The notes under the pieces were generated by a model, which was not told the DNA's origin, did no database searches, and saw only the letters and a program-made list of their open reading frames with translations. DNA of 36,777 nucleotides, taken from IMG/VR virus record IMGVR_UViG_3300028546_000001. One strand, 5' to 3'. Below, piece by piece: positions 33,201 through 36,777 of the stretch. Positions within the stretch are counted from its first letter, which is position 1, and the number at the start of each line of letters is the position of its first letter. This DNA comes from a virus. The position numbers and the translations under genes are program-made.

Positions 33201-33379
33201 GCTCGACAAGGTCCGCGACCTCGTCGACGACAATGGTGGCGACCCCGTCACGAAGGACATGATCATCGGTGCCTGCATGAGCACCCTTGGCGTGGCTACG
33301 GCGAAGAACGCGTTCGAACACCTGAAGACGAAAGGAGAGATCATGGAAGGCGACGACGGTTGGCTCCCCGACGTCGTAG
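30225..33379 (+). CDS. primase-polymerase fused to D5-like SF3 helicase (replication protein)
   Basis: FVDGDDVRD, DISTSGAGVHVY, IEIY (AEP/PrimPol motifs); D5-N LVVANGILNLHTGEL; Walker A GGGQNGKS; LANIHPDM, FKKLTGRD, MFAANEMP, AVWRRWVYINFP; C-terminal wHTH-like segments. Confidence 0.93.
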
Positions 33380-33489
33380 GCCATCCCCATTTTCGTGCGT
33401 GATTCTTGAGGTGTGTTATTTCCTATAGCTTCGGGCTTGTTACTGAGCATGTCTGCTTTTCGACTCGTCTTATTTCCAGACGATATCGC

Positions 33490-33800
33490 CGTGAACTGTC
33501 CCTGACCTGTCCCGGGTGCGTTAAGAATCAGTAAGGACAGCTAACCGGGTCGCTCAGGCTTCAAAACTGCCGCTGGATGGGTTTAGTAAAACCGTCCTGA
33601 CTGTCCTGACTGTTTGAGTTATCTACGCGCGTAACAGGCGATTTTCGGTGTTTTAGAAGGGTGTAAGATATATGAGCGAAGTAGCGATACAGTCAGGACA
33701 CCCGGGACGCAAAATTTTTCTGTACTCTCACACACCCAACGGTAACGATAACGGCATCTCGGCTGTCCCGGGTACTATGGTACCACCGGGACAGGCAAAC
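33490..33800. repeat. iteron-like TGTCC(C/T)G repeats, putative replication origin
   Basis: At least six copies in both orientations, e.g. GTCCTGACTGTCCTGACTGT (33594-613) and its inverse ACAGTCAGGAC (33689-99), in an AT-richer gap directly after the helicase gene. Confidence 0.55.
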
Positions 33801-33869
33801 GTCTCGGGAACGCTGACACAAACGATCAACAACATAGCCGCTGACCCCGCATTGCCGCTCCAAAATGTG

Positions 33870-34038
33870 GACAGACTCAACGCGCGCGAGGGCGACCTCG
33901 TCGGCGAGCCGCTCGCGCCGGCGATCGTCCACTACGTCCGCGAGGAGTGCCGCGGTGGCGACGACGTCCCGCACGAGGACCTCGTCGAGCATCTCGCCGA
34001 ACCGCCGAGAAATTAGACAGACTCAACGCGCGCGAGGG
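33870..34038 (+). repeat. 23-bp perfect direct repeat
   Basis: GACAGACTCAACGCGCGCGAGGG at 33870-33892 and 34016-34038. Confidence 0.85.
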
Positions 34039-34266
34039 TCGGCCGTCGACGGCCACTCACCCCCGAGCCTCAACCACCGGAAACCGCGGTTAACGACGCT
34101 CCCACGGGCTGAGGGTAACGTTTTTACCGATGGCAACATAACACATAACCAAGACACCACGGTGGTGATTGCCCGCGAGGGTGGTCGTGGCGCGCAAAAC
34201 CACGACCAAGGCGACAGCCCGGAAAGACGGAAGCTGACGCCTTTTTTGCAGAGATTTACAGAACCC

Positions 34267-34752
34267 ATGAACGACGCATACGAGGAACACCTGTTCGACG
34301 CGAGTGACGTGTGCCGCAACTGCCTGCGTCGGATCCGCGTCGAGCGCGTGGACCCGGTGCGGTCGGGGATGGGCGTCGAGTACGAGAGCCACATGACCCG
34401 CCACGACCGGCACACCGAGGTTGATCACGGCCCGGCCGAGAGCGTGACCGACCAGCAGGGGACGTTTTGCACCCACTGCGGGACCGAGTCGGCCTTCGAC
34501 CGGATCTGGGACGACGTCGACTTCGCCGATCCCGTCCTGCCCTCGGCGAAGAGCGGTTCCGCGATCTCGCCAAGAACGCCATGTGGGCGCTCGAAGCGAA
34601 AGGCGTCTCGATCGACCGCCACGCCTTCGCGACGGCGGCACTCTCGAACTGGGACGACCACCGCCCGGTCGATGAGTACCCTCGGCGCGGCCACCGAGCA
34701 CGCGATCGTCGTCGCGGCGATGGGCAGCGGCGAGCAGGCGGTGACCCTCTGA
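34267..34752 (+). CDS. Zn-binding hypothetical protein
   Basis: MNDAYEEHLFDASDVCRNCLRRIR...FCTHCGTESAF; two CxxC pairs. Confidence 0.6.
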   Translation: MNDAYEEHLFDASDVCRNCLRRIRVERVDPVRSGMGVEYESHMTRHDRHTEVDHGPAESVTDQQGTFCTHCGTESAFDRIWDDVDFADPVLPSAKSGSAISPRTPCGRSKRKASRSTATPSRRRHSRTGTTTARSMSTLGAATEHAIVVAAMGSGEQAVTL

Positions 34753-34894
34753 TGGTTTGCGGCTGTCGGAGGGTCTACTCCGATCACGACGCGCCGTTCT
34801 TCGATCACAGGCGGACGCGCGTGGCTCGTCATGTCGACCTTTTCGTCCCGATCCCGTTCACCGATCACCAACTCTGGCTGTTTTGGAGCTCAGA

Positions 34895-35088
34895 ATGACT
34901 ACAATCACACTCAGCGACGAAGCGGGCGAAGTCTTCCAGGGAGGCGAAGGACCTCATCGACTCGGAGGCCGAAGCCGTCGGCGCCGATCGGGCGACACGT
35001 GGTCGCTCGGCTGGCGAGCTCCAAGAACGACGAGGTCGTCCGCGTGCTGGCGCTCGCCTATCTCGGGAGGCTCGGCTATGATGAGTGA
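34895..35088 (+). CDS. small hypothetical protein
   Basis: MTTITLSDEAGEVFQEAKDLI...NDEVVRVLALAYLGRLGYDE*. Confidence 0.45.
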
Positions 35089-35314
35089 CCCGAGCCACCG
35101 ATTCGCCGACGTCGAGTCGCTTGACGGCCTGGAGATCGACGCCGACGACATCGAGGCCGCCCGCGAGCAGGCGCTCGAACGCCTCGAAGACATGGAGCAC
35201 GACGACGACCACGAAGCCTACTCGGCGGGATGGATCGACGGCGTCGTGATGATGGACCGGGTGCTGACCGATCCCGAGTACTTCGGCCTTCGCGAGGACA
35301 GTGGTGACGAGTAA
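35081..35314 (+). CDS. acidic hypothetical protein
   Basis: MSDPSHRFADVESLDGLEID...YSAGWIDGVVMMDRVLTDPEYFGLREDSGDE*. Confidence 0.55.
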   Translation: MSDPSHRFADVESLDGLEIDADDIEAAREQALERLEDMEHDDDHEAYSAGWIDGVVMMDRVLTDPEYFGLREDSGDE

Positions 35315-35440
35315 ACAAGCCGCTGCGTTCATCCGTGGCAACGGTTTCGGTGTAGTTCTGGCCGTTGTCGGCGGTCTCGGCTTCGTCGATGCTGCTATGG
35401 TTGCACTCGCGCGTTTTTCACAATCGCGTATCTGTTTGAA
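35301..35440 (+). CDS. small membrane protein
   Basis: FIRGNGFGVVLAVVGGLGFVDAAMVALARF hydrophobic stretch; the end is uncertain. Confidence 0.35.
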
Positions 35441-35453
35441 TGGGAGGCCGACG

Positions 35454-36777
35454 GTGAGTGACCTGACCGAGCGACAGCGCGAGTATCTCGACGCGCTCCC
35501 CAGCCGTCCTACCAAGCGTGGGCCGACGCGGTCGGGGCCTCGGAGTCGAGCGCCGAGGAGATGCGCCGACGGCTCACCGACGAGAACGACGACATCGAGA
35601 TCGAGAAGGTCGACGGCGAGTGGCGCAACACGCTCCAGGAGACTGACGGCGACGAAGACGAACCGCTGGCTGATCGGCTCGCACTTGATGACGTCGAGCG
35701 CCTCGCCGAAGACCCACCCGACGAATCGGACCTGACCAAACGCGAGCGCTACATCGCCGCCGAACCGAAACCGGCGCAACGGTCGATGGGCTGGTAGACG
35801 ATCTCGACGAGCGGGAGTCGGTCGTCACCCAGCACCTCCGGGACCCTACACCTCGGGTGGGACGTCTACATCGACGACTCGGCGGGCCTGGTCACGCTCG
35901 AAGGAGACCACGCGCTCCCGCAGCTCGGAGCACAAGGGCACGCGCACGCGGAAAGCAAACAAGTGGTGGGAGAAACGCCACAGTGCGCTCGTCCGCGACT
36001 TCAACGCGCTGCCGACGCCGTCGGTGGACATCACCAAACACCGCGGGCAAGAAGACTGGGTCCACCACTTTCGGATATCCACGCGGGCGACAAGGTGCTG
36101 ACCCCCGACCGGACGAACGTCTACAACGCCGACCTGGTCCCCGAGATCGTCCGCTACGACACCGCAAGTCGCTCGAACTCTACGACTACCACGGCGTCGA
36201 CTGCGACGTTGCCCACCTGTTGTGGGGCGGCGACTTCGTGACCAACGAGGGGATCTACCAGGGACAGTTCGAGGACCTCGATGCGTGGCTCGATGAGCAG
36301 CACGATATGCTCATGGAGCCGCTCCTGGAGCAGGTCAAAGCCTACCCGAGCGCTTCGAGGCAGTCAACGTCGTCTGTCAGGGTCGGCAACCACGGCGAGA
36401 ACCGCGCGTCGGGGACGTCGAAACAGGCGAACGCCGACCTCGTCCTCTACAAGTCGATCCGCAACGCGATCGCGGCAGTCATTAAGTTCGGCGAGGGCGA
36501 CGCCTTCGAGAACGTCAACTTCCGCATCGGGCAAGCGCGCCCGTATACGAACTTCCTGCCCGCGGCGGCAAGCTCCGCGGGCACCTCCGACACGGGCAAG
36601 ACCGCAAGCCCCAGGCGACGACGCGTGCGGGCTCCGACGACTGGAAGACGACACTGATGAACCACGACTTCGACGTGTCGTTCCTCGGGCATCACCACTC
36701 AAGCGGCCGCATTTGTGGGACGGCCCGCCGGTGATCGCCAGCGGCACGCCGAAGCCACCGTCGGACTTCGTCGACCG
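35454..36777 (+). CDS. calcineurin-like metallophosphoesterase with N-terminal HTH-like domains (runs off the window)
   Basis: SDIHAGD, GGDFVTNE, GNHGE, HLRHG, LGHHH motifs; N-terminal LTERQREYL and LTKRERYI helical repeats. Confidence 0.85.

Noticed and set aside
33490-34038. CRISPR or mini-CRISPR array
   Set aside because: The repeats are short and irregular, or present in only two copies with a 123-bp interval; no cas genes.
1-36777. Pervasive frameshifts suggesting a decayed, pseudogenised provirus or widespread recoding
   Set aside because: Indels hit all genes evenly, mostly in homopolymers, while motifs stay intact. This pattern fits long-read error. Only the tail-chaperone site has independent support for programmed shifting.

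Overview
About 37 kb of a haloarchaeal tailed dsDNA virus or provirus (Caudoviricetes, siphovirus-type: HK97-fold head, tail tube, tape measure, no sheath). The window is GC-rich and encodes acidic proteins; no host genes or att site are visible. Almost every gene carries single-base indels, mostly in homopolymers. I read these as sequencing errors, so I rebuilt the genes by eye across frames and the coordinates are approximate. Order: small membrane/Zn-finger genes, TerS (HhH-fused), TerL, portal, MuF-like protein, XkdF-like protease, scaffold, MCP, head-tail and tail genes, TMP, tail-tip/FN3 hub, BppU-N/DUF2793 fibre interrupted by a 1446-bp tnpB-only IS200/IS605 element, LamG-like RBP, membrane protein. 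A short leftward operon follows, ending in a truncated tyrosine-recombinase-like ORF. Next is a control region with a wHTH repressor, GTAA-N3-TTAC operators, a solo IS605 left end and two divergent paralogous RHH genes. The rightward early/replication operon carries PCNA, a viral TFB, Zn-finger proteins, a primase-polymerase/SF3 helicase fusion, an iteron-rich putative origin and an HTH-metallophosphoesterase. Most notable: (1) the IS ends can be fixed by guide/cleavage base-pairing rules, and its scarless excision restores the fibre reading frame; (2) the inverted twin-RHH cassette; (3) the translationally coupled, catalytically incomplete integrase derivative; (4) a viral TFB with a divergent recognition helix.
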